DNA of 63,857 nucleotides, the filler included, from Octopus bimaculoides (lineage: Eukaryota): NCBI RefSeq assembly GCF_001194135.2. It is 8 parts of 7 records of this genome, joined end to end, with 100 filler letters (N's around TTAATTAATTAA, not from the genome) between each part and the next. Parts side by side here need not be neighbours in the genome. Positions count along the whole stretch, not along the records: positions 1 to 7,360 come from NC_068996.1; positions 7,461 to 23,360 come from NC_068999.1; 6 more parts are not named here. One strand, given 5' to 3'. The notes beneath the pieces were generated by a model, which worked only from the letters and a program-made list of their open reading frames with translations, ran no database searches and was not told where the DNA came from. A program made the position numbers and the translations under genes. Of this stretch, positions 1 to 11,322 are shown piece by piece; position 1 is the first letter of the stretch; each line of letters begins with the position of its first letter.

Positions 1-69
<69 letters not shown>

Positions 70-143
70 CATCATCATCAACACCATCATCATCATCATC
101 AACACCATCATCATCATCATCAACACCATCATCATCATCATCA
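1..143. repeat. (TAT)n grading into (CAT)n/CATCAACAC units
   Basis: Read directly from the sequence. Confidence 0.95.
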
Positions 144-147
144 TTAT

Positions 148-795
148 TTAAAACGTCACATAGTATCCAATATCGTGATGTTATTGATCGAAGATATTGT
201 GTCTACTGGGGTTATGTACTGTCTGTCAAATCACAAGAAGGACCTCACAGACAGTACTTTACGCAATATACGTACAGATACTAGTAGTTCCGATTTTTGC
301 AATACATCTAGATTGTAGGGTATTTCTAAAGTTTTCAGATGTTTTTGCTTTTTGTTTTCCGTTTTTGTTTTTTTTTAGGTTGGGTGGTATTGAACCCAAT
401 GATTCTATGACAATAGGGACAAACTTTGTTTCACTCTCGTAGCTCCCATATCTTGGCGATCTTAATTCTCAGTTCTCCATATATATCAATCTTTTCTCTT
501 TTTCTCCTCATAATAGTTTGATCTCCTGGCATTGCCACGTTGATTATTAGGTACTCTTGTTTGTCCCTTGTAAAGGTTACTATATCCGGCCTTCGGTGCT
601 CAAACACCATGTCTGTCTGGAAGCCAATGTCCCAGGGGATCTTAGCTTTCCTGTTTTCGTCCATTACCTTTACCAGTGTATGCTGACACCAAACACCCGT
701 AACTTCATATCATTACTTTTAGTATAGTCGCCAGTGAAGGTTTTGGGCTACCTTGTCGTGTCTGGGCGTGTACTCTTTCTACGCAAGTCATTCAT

Positions 796-797
<2 letters not shown>
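148..797 (-). mobile_element. 5'-truncated RLE-type non-LTR retrotransposon (R4/Dong-like), ORF C-terminus
   Basis: Minus-strand RHDKVAQNLHW...WD..FQTD..FEHRRPDIV...II.VAMPGD...EKIDIY..L..KIAKIW...VPIVI.SLG...LQKS.LL...ILRKVLS is the restriction-like endonuclease region. (TTA)n tracts on both sides. Confidence 0.85.
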
Positions 798-884
<87 letters not shown>

Positions 885-893
885 GTCGTCGTT

Positions 894-1116
894 AAGGCGG
901 CTAGTTGACAGAATCGTTAACACAACGGACGAAATGCTTAGTGATATTTCGTTTGCCGCTACGTTCGGAGTTCAAATTCCGCCGAGGTCGACTTTACCTT
1001 TCATCCTTCTGAGGTCGATAAATTGAGTACCAGTTGAGTACTGGAGGTCGATGTAATCGATTTAACCCCTCCTCACAAATCTCAGGCCTTGTGCCTATAA
1101 TAGAAAGGGTTATTAC

Positions 1117-1173
<57 letters not shown>

Positions 1174-1421
1174 CATCACCACCATCATCGTCGCCGTCGT
1201 CGTTAAGGCGGCTAGCTGGCAGAATCGTTAGCACGCCAGGCAAAAATGCTTAGTGGAATTTAATCTAACCTTACGTTCTGAGTTCAAATTCTACCGAGGT
1301 CGACTTTGTCACCCTTTCGGAGTCGATGAAACAAGTACCAGTTGAGTACAGGGGATTAATGTAATCGACTTAGCCTCTTCTCCGTGCTTGTTTTGCTGGC
1401 CCTGTGCCAAAATTTGAAACC
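894..1421 (+). mobile_element. Two tandem copies of tRNA-derived SINE family A (894-1109, 1204-1421) separated by (TTA)n
   Basis: AAGGCGG..AG.TGGCAGAA.CGTTAGCACG...TTCTGAGTTCAAATTCC.CCGAGGTCGACTTT.CCTTTCATCC...AGTACCAG...GTCGATGTAATCGA; same core as other copies. Confidence 0.8.
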
Positions 1422-1863
1422 ACTTTTGTCATCGTCGTCATCGTCGTCATCATCATTGTCATCGTCATTTAATGAATAAATCGATTGTTGACGTGAATTA
1501 AACATGGGAATTATCTTGAATTCGTGTCTGTGAGTACCATTTGTAGATGTGTACAACTTTATTTACACAGATGTGTGTGTGTGTGTGTGAAAGACAGAGA
1601 GAGTGAGAGTGATAGTGAGAGAGGTGAAAAGTAAGACATTACGTGTATGTGTGGGAGAGAACATGTGTTACTTGATGAATAGGATGGGAGTGTATATAAG
1701 ACTATTTGTGCATATATGAATTTGTCAGAGTATCTCATTATACGTTGATTTGTATATTTATTTATTATACGTATTTTTATTTTTTTATTTTTTGTTTTAC
1801 CTACGATTTTTATACTTTTTTTTCTTATAGCGTGCGTGCTAATTGTGGGTGCGGAACAACAAT

Positions 1864-1912
<49 letters not shown>

Positions 1913-2125
1913 CGTATATAAGTATGTATACGTGTGTAGGTGGTAAGCGCGTGTATGTGAGTATATGTATATGCAATTGTGTGCTTGTATGTGTATATAT
2001 ATGGATGGACGGAGGAATGAATGGATGTATGTATTTATGTATATATATATATATATATGTATATATAGGTATGCATTTATATCTGTGAATATATAAGTGT
2101 AGGTATGTAGATATGACTTTTAGTT

Positions 2126-2547
2126 TTTACTTCTTTCAGTCAGTTGACTGCGGTCATGCTGGAGCACCGCCTTCCAGAGTTTTTTTTTTTATTTCTTTTT
2201 TATTATTCGAAGAAATCGAGTCTAGGACTTATTCTTTGTCTGCCTAGTACCTATTCTATCGATATCTTTTACAGGAACGTAAACACACCAACATCGACCG
2301 TCAAGTGATAGTGGGGATACAAACACAGGCACACGCACACGCACATATAAACACACGTACGTGCACACACACACACACACACATATATGTATATAGGACG
2401 AGCTTCTTTCAGTTTCTATATACCAAATTCACTCACAAGGCTTTGGTTGGCCCAAGGTTATAGTCGAAGACACTTGCCCAAAGTGTTATGCAGTGGGACT
2501 GAATCCGGAACCATGTGATTGAGAAGCAAGCTTCTTACCACACAGCT
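2126..2547 (-). mobile_element. Bipartite SINE B/C (tRNA-like head + internal microsatellite + second module)
   Basis: Module B (GCTGTGTGGTAAGAAGCTTGCTT...CCTTGGGCAAGTGTCTTC...GGAAACTGAAAGAAGC) and module C (...GGGGTCGATTT..TCGA..AAGGCGGTGCTCCAGCATG.CCGCAGTCA) joined by (CA/TA)n. Confidence 0.8.
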
Positions 2548-3825
2548 ATGTATTATGTATGTATGTATGTATGTATGTATGTATGTATGTATGTATGTAT
2601 GTATGTATGTATGTATGTATGTTTGTTTGTTTGTATGCATGTAGGTAGGTAGGTAGGTATATAATATTTACAGCATGAATATGCAAATTCATGTTCGCAT
2701 GTATACGTGTGTACTGTATGAATGAATAATGAGTAATAAATAATGAGTAATGCGTTCGCGTGTGTAAGTGTGTATGCGTATGTGTGCGGTTGTGTGGGTG
2801 TGTGAATGAGTATTGCTTTTGATGACAAGTGGACATATGCAGATATCTGTCAGAGCGTATGTATTCGTGTTTAGATCTGTATACATGATGGCGCTTTCTA
2901 GTCCCTAGTTCAGCTCTGACCAAGTAGACCTAACTAATCGAAAAATTCCGGGTTATGTTCGTCTCATTGCGTAATGAGTCAATGTAACAGTATCATATTT
3001 CCTGCTAATTTACTGGTTAATTTATTTATTTATTTTGAGATTGTAAGGAGTAGTTTTGGGGGAATTTTGTTTCTATTTCTGTTATGTAAAATATCCACGC
3101 TGAGTATACCACGTTGGATCGCTTCTGTGAGTAGGTGTGTGTGCTTCTGTCAGAGTGTGTAGGGGAAAGGGGTTAAGGGAGTGATCGCGCCGCGCGCGAG
3201 AGTATCATTTTTTTTTTTTTTTTTAATGGGTTGTTGTTTTCAGTAATTTGGTCAGGCGGAAGTGGGTGGGTCCACGATTTCCGAAGGCCCTCCCAGTTTG
3301 ATAAGATTGATGTCATTTCTATAATCCTTTTGAATAGCTGAAAAGTTGATTGCTTTAGAAAGGTTGGAGAGAGAGGAATGGAAAACATTCGCAAGATGGC
3401 GTGGAACTCCACAGGAGGTTGTTGACATTCTGTGCTTGTAGGAACGGATGTTGGAGTTAGTACGGGGACTGTGAGGAGAATACAATATGGGTAACAAAAT
3501 GACAAGACAAGAGGACGTGTGAATCATGAATACCTTTATTTTCGTACAGACGGCATCATACCAACAAGTTCCGAAGAACAGTAATAGAAAAACAAGCAAG
3601 AATGAAGAATGGGAATACATTATGCCATCGGGCCAAAGGTAGGAGGGCGTAGACGAGCAACTTCATGCTAATAATTCGGGTACATTTGTGGGGGATGTGA
3701 TCTATAATGTCTGAATACATATGCGTGCACAAGGAATTGTGGGATTGAGTTTTATTCATGTATATTCAATACAGCATCGCATGTTTATATTTTTATGAAT
3801 GATGTAAGATGTTATATGAGAGGGT

Positions 3826-4212
3826 GTGTGGTAAGAAGCTTGCTTTCCAACCACGTGGTTTCGAGTTCATTCCCACTGCGTGGAACCTTCGGTAAAGTGT
3901 CTTCTACTATAGCCTTCGACCGACCAAAGCCTTCTGATTGGATTTAGTAGACGGAAACAGAAAGAAACCCGCCGTGTATATGTATATGTATATATATATT
4001 TATGTGTGTTTTTTTGTGTCCGTGTTTGTCCCTCCACCACCACCACCATTACAGCTTGACAACAGATGTTGGTGAGTTTACGTCCCCGTAAAAGAGATCG
4101 ATAGAATAAATTACTAGGCTTACAAAGAATAAGTCATGGGGTCGATTTGTTCGACTAAAGGCGGTGCTCCAGCATGGCCGCAGTCAAATGAGTGAAACAA
4201 GTAAAAGAATAA
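3826..4212 (+). mobile_element. Bipartite SINE B/C
   Basis: Modules B and C separated by a (TA)/(TG) tract at about 3976-4015. Confidence 0.8.
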
Positions 4213-4349
4213 AAGAATACCAAATTTTACAAAGCCCAAACTTTTCTGCTGACGAGAAAGTTAATTTCGAACGCACTAACGGGGAAAGCTGACTGTGAAA
4301 GAAGCCGCGATAAATTGGCAATCCTTAGAAGACGGAATATATATATATA

Positions 4350-5586
4350 TGAAAGAAGGTGTGAAAATGCAATTTTAAAGATGTTTATTCACTTGACCGG
4401 TTTCACNNNNNNNNNNNNNNNNNNNNNNNNNNNNNNNNNNNNNNNNNNNNNNNNNNNNNNNNNNNNNNNNNNNNNNNNNNNNNNNNNNNNNNNNNNNNNN
4501 NNNNNNNNNNNNNNNNNNNNNNNNNNNNNNNNNNNNNNNNNNNNNNNNNNNNNNNNNNNNNNNNNNNNNNNNNNNNNNNNNNNNNNNNNNNNNNNNNNNN
4601 NNNNNNNNNNNNNNNNNNNNNNNNNNNNNNNNNNNNNNNNNNNNNNNNNNNNNNNNNNNNNNNNNNNNNNNNNNNNNNNNNNNNNNNNNNNNNNNNNNNN
4701 NNNNNNNNNNNNNNNNNNNNNNNNNNNNNNNNNNNNNNNNNNNNNNNNNNNNNNNNNNNNNNNNNNNNNNNNNNNNNNNNNNNNNNNNNNNNNNNNNNNN
4801 NNNNNNNNNNNNNNNNNNNNNNNNNNNNNNNNNNNNNNNNNNNNNNNNNNNNNNNNNNNNNNNNNNNNNNNNNNNNNNNNNNNNNNNNNNNNNNNNNNNN
4901 NNNNNNNNNNNNNNNNNNNNNNNNNNNNNNNNNNNNNNNNNNNNNNNNNNNNNNNNNNNNNNNNNNNNNNNNNNNNNNNNNNNNNNNNNNNNNNNNNNNN
5001 NNNNNNNNNNNNNNNNNNNNNNNNNNNNNNNNNNNNNNNNNNNNNNNNNNNNNNNNNNNNNNNNNNNNNNNNNNNNNNNNNNNNNNNNNNNNNNNNNNNN
5101 NNNNNNNNNNNNNNNNNNNNNNNNNNNNNNNNNNNNNNNNNNNNNNNNNNNNNNNNNNNNNNNNNNNNNNNNNNNNNNNNNNNNNNNNNNNNNNNNNNNN
5201 NNNNNNNNNNNNNNNNNNNNNNNNNNNNNNNNNNNNNNNNNNNNNNNNNNNNNNNNNNNNNNNNNNNNNNNNNNNNNNNNNNNNNNNNNNNNNNNNNNNN
5301 NNNNNNNNNNNNNNNNNNNNNNNNNNNNNNNNNNNNNNNNNNNNNNNNNNNNNNNNNNNNNNNNNNNNNNNNNNNNGTGTGTATTTTAATACTTAAACTG
5401 TTTTTAACATTTTTTTATGATTATCAAATAATGTATATATGTATTTTAATACTTTTGTGACAAGTACTTAACACAACAAAGCTTATACAAAGCTTTACAT
5501 TTTACTTTTGACAATCTTTTTCTAAAACAGTGAAACCGGTCAAGTGAATAAACATCTTTAAAATTGCATTTTCAAACCTTCTTTCA
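4350..5586. mobile_element. TA-flanked element with long TIRs spanning a gap (MITE/non-autonomous DNA transposon)
   Basis: 4350-4406 and 5530-5586 are reverse complements (57 bp, one mismatch by eye), each flanked by TA. A degenerate copy of the right end lies at about 57020-57115. Confidence 0.8.
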
Positions 5587-5628
5587 TATATATTTCCACT
5601 CGTGCGGTATCTTACCACTTTACTTTGT

Positions 5629-5662
<34 letters not shown>

Positions 5663-5670
5663 TGTATATC

Positions 5671-6051
5671 GTGGGACTCCGTCGGTTACGACGACGAGAG
5701 CTCTATTTGATCCGATAAACGGAGCAGCCTACTCGTGAAATCAACGTGCAAGTGGCTGAGCACTCCACAGGCACATGTACGCTTAATGTAGTTCTCGGGG
5801 AGATCCAGCATGACACAGAGTGTGAGAAGGCTGGCCCTTTGAAATACAGGAACAACAGAAACAGGAAGAAAGAGTGAGAGAAAGTTGTGGTGAAAGAGTA
5901 CAGCAGGGTTCGCCCACCCCCACCCCCACCGGAGCCACGTAGAGCTTTAAGTATTTTCGCTCAATAAACACTTACAACGCCCGGTCTGGCAATCGAAACT
6001 ACGATCCTACGAGCGCAAGTCTGCTGCCCTAACCACTGGGCCATTGCGCCT

Positions 6052-6053
<2 letters not shown>
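5671..6053 (-). mobile_element. tRNA-derived SINE family D (about 380 bp)
   Basis: Head GGAGGCGCAATGGCCCAGTGGTTAGGGCAGC...GTTTCGATT, tail ...GTCGTCGTAACCGACGGAGT; matches copies at 37733 and 58395. Confidence 0.85.
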
Positions 6054-6085
<32 letters not shown>

Positions 6086-6402
6086 GTATATGTGTGTGTG
6101 TGTATGCATGCATATATTTATAAGAGTGCGTCCTGCCTTATTTTCGAAACGCCTACTTTAGAATAGAAGCAGCTGATGAAGGAATAATTCCAAGTGGCTA
6201 TTTGTTTTCCTATGTGTTCTTTCCGTTGTCTGTAGTTCATTTTTCTAACGTCCTGTACCCGAATATGCATCTATATACACATGTAGATGTAAGTACGTAC
6301 ATATATGTGTGTATACATGCATATATATTCTTTGTATTATTATATCATCGAACGCACGCGTCTATTTGCAAGTAAGTTTTAACTTTATATTTCTGACGCA
6401 AC

Positions 6403-6462
<60 letters not shown>

Positions 6463-6884
6463 CTTACTCATCTCCCCCTCTCGCCCTGCTTCCTTCTGTT
6501 CCACAGAAACATGAGAAAGTGTGATGTGATGTAGTGGTCTTGTGCCCAAGAGAGGCTGTGCTTCGCGTTTATTTTACTGTCTACTTCAAGCTTCCGAGCG
6601 ACATGCCTATGCATGGTCCCTTTTTTTTTTGCATGCTGAGTGCTCTCCATTCAGGTCATCTCTGAGGTAAGAGAGCCCAGCTGTTTTCGGGCTTCGAAAA
6701 ATACCCCAATGAGATCCCGGAAAGAATAGAAAAATATTTCATTATCGCGGAGCTTCAGATATATGTATAATTCTGTGTTTGTCTGTATGTCTGTCTGTCT
6801 GTCTGTATGTGTGTATGTATGTATGTATGTATGTATGTATGTATGTATGTATGTATGTATCCATCTATCTATCTATCTCCCAAC

Positions 6885-6941
<57 letters not shown>

Positions 6942-6997
6942 AATCTATTTATCTATCTATTTATCTATCTACCGGCATATTCATTCATATCATATCT

Positions 6998-7352
6998 GAA
7001 GGTGGACGACCTTTATACTGTGTTCTACTGCGTTCTTAACAGAATATATCATTTGCGAACCGTTGCAAAACGAACCGCCACCGATTATTCCACCTATATG
7101 TCTGTGCACACCTTTCAATGCAATGTATGCCAGAATGCTTGTAAATCTAATGGGGGCCTCAAAAGACATTTTAAGATCCACAAAGATCAGAACTTATCTG
7201 CAGCTTTTGCTGGTCCAAATCAGATATGCAACGTATGTGGGTGTCTTTTCAAAACATCGTCTGGTTTAAAAAATCACATCAGACGCCATGATGGTTCTGA
7301 GGTATAAGTACAGGAGGTGGTCAAACTCTGCATAAGGAGTAGACAACCACCA
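6998..7352 (+). mobile_element. RTE-type LINE 3' end with two C2H2 zinc fingers
   Basis: CNVCQNACKSNGGLKRHFKIH...CNVCGCLFKTSSGLKNHIRRH*, then short 3'UTR CAGGAGGTGGTCAAACTC...GGAGTAGACAACCAC and (TA)n. The same tail recurs at 23461-23580. Confidence 0.75.
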
Positions 7353-7665
7353 CATATATANNNNNNNNNNNNNNNNNNNNNNNNNNNNNNNNNNNNNNNN
7401 NNNNTTAATTAATTAANNNNNNNNNNNNNNNNNNNNNNNNNNNNNNNNNNNNNNNNNNNNGTATGTGTGTGATTAATATTTGTTAGGGTGTTGTGTGTGC
7501 ACATGTGTGTGTATGTGTATATGTGTTTGTTCGTGTGTGTGCGTGAGTGCGTTTGTGAGTGCGTGTGTATGTGTGTTTGTGTGTTTTTTGTGTCGGTGGG
7601 GATGTTAGGTGTGTGTACGTGAGACTGTGCGTATATCTATTTTTCTTAGTATGTATGTGTTGTTT

Positions 7666-7697
<32 letters not shown>

Positions 7698-7746
7698 GGT
7701 GTGTGTATGTGTGTGTGTGTGTGTGTGCGTGCATGTGCGTGTATGT

Positions 7747-7973
7747 GGAAGTGCGTGGCTTGTTTGTTAGCGCATCACCATCGTAAGATTGTGGTTTCGA
7801 TTCCTGGATCGAGCGACACATTGTGTTCTTGAGCAAAACACTTCATTTCACGTTGCTCCAGTTCACTCAGCTGGCAAACAATGAGTAACGCTGATATGGA
7901 CTGGCCTCCTGTCCGGCTGCGGAACACATACGCCATTGAAACCGGGAAAGGGGGCCCATGAGCCTGGCTAGGC
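7747..7973 (+). mobile_element. tRNA-derived SINE family E
   Basis: tRNA-like head + core TTGTGTTCTTGAGCAA.ACACTTCATTTCACGTTGCTCCAG.TCACTCAGCTGGCAAA.ATGAGT. Confidence 0.75.
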
Positions 7974-7983
7974 NNNNNNNNNN

Positions 7984-8031
<48 letters not shown>

Positions 8032-8060
8032 CATATACATATAGCTAAGTTCCCGCTGTT

Positions 8061-9258
8061 GTTTTTAAATTTCTTTTTTGTTTAAAGGTTTATTAAAAAA
8101 TAACACCTAATTAATCAATAATGTATATACCCGTGTTGTTTACAACTTCTTCCCAACGTTCAACAATATTTTCAGTACCACGTTGCTAGAAATAACCCGA
8201 TTTCGACTGGAAAAATTGATCCAACCAAGCTCTCAATTCTGCATCAGCATTGAAATAAACTCAGGGCATATCATTTGAAAGAGATCGAAAGAGGTGGAAA
8301 ACCACTGGTGCCAAATTAGGAGATTACATTGAATCTGGCAGCACTTATCAGCTATGCGTTTGAATGGCTACCTTGGTCATATTGGTGATATGAGTGCGGG
8401 CATTTTCGTGCAGCACAAAAATTCCGTGCTGACGATTAGGACTTTTCTCTTGAATAGCCGTTTTGAGTCGTTCCATCTATTGAACATTAGAGTTCCACGT
8501 TGACCTTTTTGTTCCGTTCAAGCAATTCCTGATGGATAATCCCTTCTTAGTCCTACCATAGGCACAAAATCGTTTTACACGGATGAAGATCTAGTTTCAT
8601 GCGCGGTGTCAATTGTTTACCGGGGCTAAGCCATTCCTTACACTGCTTCATATTGATATACAGGCACCACTTTTAGTCGCCAGTAACGATTCGTTGCTTG
8701 TGTCCATGAGTTGAGCGGTGACGAGCACGCAAACCAGCGGAGATTGTGGCTCGTTCATTTATGTTGTCACATAAAGAAGGTGGAACTTATGCCCCATATT
8801 TGTGAACCTTTCCCTTCGAGTGAAGTTTGCTTCTTTATAACAGTGTGGGAGCATTCCATTTTCTATGCCAGTTCCCTTGTCGTTTGATGAGAATTTTCGT
8901 GCAAAAGTTGGTTTAATCGCTCTTCATCAGATTCAACTGGACTGCCAGAATGAGGTGCGTTTTTGAGGTAAAAATTTCCATTTTTGAACTTGACAAACCA
9001 ATGACGAGCGGTTCTTTCAGCTATGGCACACTCTCCATACACAGCACAAATGTCGCGAGCGATTTTTGCGAACTTAGAACCTTGATTAAATGCAAAAAGA
9101 ATGAGGTGTCGAAAATGCTCGTTTTTAATAATTTGACATTCCATTTTAATGATGTGAAAATTAACAAAAATTAACAAACATTAACTAGAAAAAAAAAGAT
9201 TCGAAAATGATTCAAAAATATTATTCTCGTAAAAGAATGAATTCCAAAATTTAAAAAC
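8061..9258 (-). pseudogene. Near full-length degenerate mariner transposon (transposase ATG 9144 to stop 8111)
   Basis: MECQIIKNEHFRHLILFAFNQG...ICAVYGE.AIAERTARHWFVKFKNGNF.LKNAPHSG.P...DEERL..LL.EN..QTTRELA; downstream YSPNLAPVVFHLFRSLSN and ..NIVERWEEVVNN. An 11-bp inverted remnant GTTTTTAAATT lies at 8061-8071 and 9248-9258. Confidence 0.9.
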
Positions 9259-9307
9259 GCAATAAATTCCAAAATTAAAAAAAAAAAAAAAAACTCTAAG
9301 GAACACC

Positions 9308-9455
9308 TCACGCTGTAAAGGGGCTCTAAAGTCAAACTGCTTCAATAAATATGCACCGAAACTGTTTTGCCGTACTTCTACGTACATTCCCACGATTTCG
9401 GTGCCTGTGTATATTTATTGAAGTAGTTTGACTTTCGAGTCCCATTACAACGTGA
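9308..9455. mobile_element. Short foldback/MITE
   Basis: TCACG.TGTAA.GGG.CTC.AAAGTCAAACT.CTTCAATAAATAT...GCACCGAAA arm and its reverse complement, about 55-bp arms; no clear TSD. Confidence 0.65.
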
Positions 9456-11093
9456 AACATTAGTTATAGTAATAGCCCTTGACAAAATAATGTATTTTAT
9501 ATTTGAAAAAAATTACATAATTTGCATTNNNNNNNNNNNNNNNNNNNNNNNNNNNNNNNNNNNNNNNNNNNNNNNNNNNNNNNNNNNNNNNNNNNNNNNN
9601 NNNNNNNNNNNNNNNNNNNNNNNNNNNNNNNNNNNNNNNNNNNNNNNNNNNNNNNNNNNNNNNNNNNNNNNNNNNNNNNNNNNNNNNNNNNNNNNNNNNN
9701 NNNNNNNNNNNNNNNNNNNNNNNNNNCTATGTATGCATATAGATATTGAAGGAAAATAATATAGGCATCATTGTTAATATTATTATCTGTAAAATTATAT
9801 ATACGCATACAAAACGTATGTATGATTTTTATCATTATTATTATTATTACGATTATACATATAAATTTTTTCCTAGATTTGAACGAGAGAAAAATGTATA
9901 ATAAATAAAATCTTATAAATTGTATTCAGAAATATTGTAGACGCGTTTAGCTTCGAAAATCAAGCAACATTTTAATAAAGAAATAGAGAAACAAAAAATA
10001 GATATCTAAACTGTTAGCTCGAGACATTTACATAACTTACCGAAAAATTAATTTTCCGAAATGTTTTCATGAAATTTCTTTTGAGTGAAGAGATTTTGCT
10101 ATTTAATAATAAACGTGAATATTGTCCGTGAAAGAGTGTGAGCATGTTTGCAGCTAAATGTGGATTTCATTCGTAAGTGACTCGAAACTGTTTGAAAACC
10201 TGAGCTGGTGTGTAGTTGGTCTTCTTTAGAACTTGTTGAAATAAATATATAATTAAAATATTTTCTATCGATGACTGTCCGAATAATGATTTTAATTATA
10301 ATGAATTCTAGTTATATGTTTCTCGTAGCGAAGGTGGTGAGGTGGCCAAATGGTTTGCATGCGGGGGAATAGTGCTTAGCGGCTGTTCGTCCGTTTTCCA
10401 CTTTATGAGTTCAACTTCCACCAGTTCCGATATTGCTTTTTATCTTTCATCAAGTTCACCACTGGGGCTGATCTTGTTCCAAAATCGTATATTATAATTA
10501 CTGTGCAATCTTCCAACCAGATACAGGTGAAATTTGTAGATGCTTTCTGTTTTTGGCAGTAATTGAACAAGTGTTCTATAATTTTACATAGAATTGCATG
10601 TTAGAAGTGTCTGGACGTTTGGTTTCATTATCTATGTATTCCTAATATACAAAATTATAACCTCAGTGAAAACTGGTGTAACTGTCTGTTTTTCCCATAC
10701 TCGAAACTGTATATATCCTTTTATATCTATACTTGTCTTCTTCCTGCTCAAACAAGCCCTGCAAATAGTTTCCTTTCGTTTTCAAATAACATTTCTTTTC
10801 CTCTCTCTCAACAATTCCGTCTTCCATATATATATTTAGCTGTTTACAAGTGATGTTGAAGACGAAATCTTACTTCAGTTCATGCTACCATGTAACACGC
10901 CAGAATAATTGGGTGCATAGGTATATATGTGTATGTGTTTGCGCGTGTGTGCGTGTGCTTGTGCTTGTTTGCATCTGCGCGTTTGTGTATAGATATAAAC
11001 CGCAAAGTCTGGAAAAAAGGGGAAAGTGCCTGAACATTGCAGTGCCTTGGTGTTAGGTGAGATTTATGCAATAAAAAATCAGGGTGGAGTAAA

Positions 11094-11322
11094 TTGGTAA
11101 GCTGGCAGAATCGTTAGCACGCCGAGCGTAATGTGATATTTTGTCAGTCGTTACGTTCTGAGTTCAAATTCAGCCGAAGTATATTTTACCTTTCATCATT
11201 TCGAGGTCGATTAAATAAGTACCAGTTACGCACTGGTGTCGATGTAATTCACTTAATCCCTTTGTCTGTCCTTGTTTTACCCGTCTATATGTTTATCCCA
11301 CTGAGGGCAATGAAGAAATAAA
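11094..11322 (+). mobile_element. SINE family A
   Basis: Same head, core and GCAAT.AAGAAAT tail as 54060-54290. Confidence 0.8.

Noticed and set aside
3252-3620. 122-aa minus ORF with a signal-peptide-like start and an apparent 65-nt GT-AG intron
   Set aside because: Splicing gives an immediate stop and no known domain is recognisable. The LW.S.P..VF...QLFK pattern looks like a decayed CR1/L2 3' end; similar tracts lie at about 11340-11600 and 15800-16160. Too weak to call either way.
4315-5460. Long ORFs spanning N runs (also 45083, 47333, 55536, 57053, 58618)
   Set aside because: Artefacts of translating gaps as X.
6807-7307. C2H2 zinc-finger transcription factor gene
   Set aside because: The N-terminus is microsatellite. 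The fingers are followed by a LINE-type 3'UTR and TA tail that recur at 23461.
7405-7416. TTAATTAATTAA as a biological motif
   Set aside because: Always centred in about 100-bp N blocks; an assembly spacer with stops in all frames.
8915-8935. Minus-strand CTGATGAAGAGC
   Set aside because: Coding sequence of the mariner (ESDEERL) with no closing stem or GAAA.
8863-9177. SETMAR-like host gene
   Set aside because: No SET domain; frameshifted mariner with a TIR remnant.
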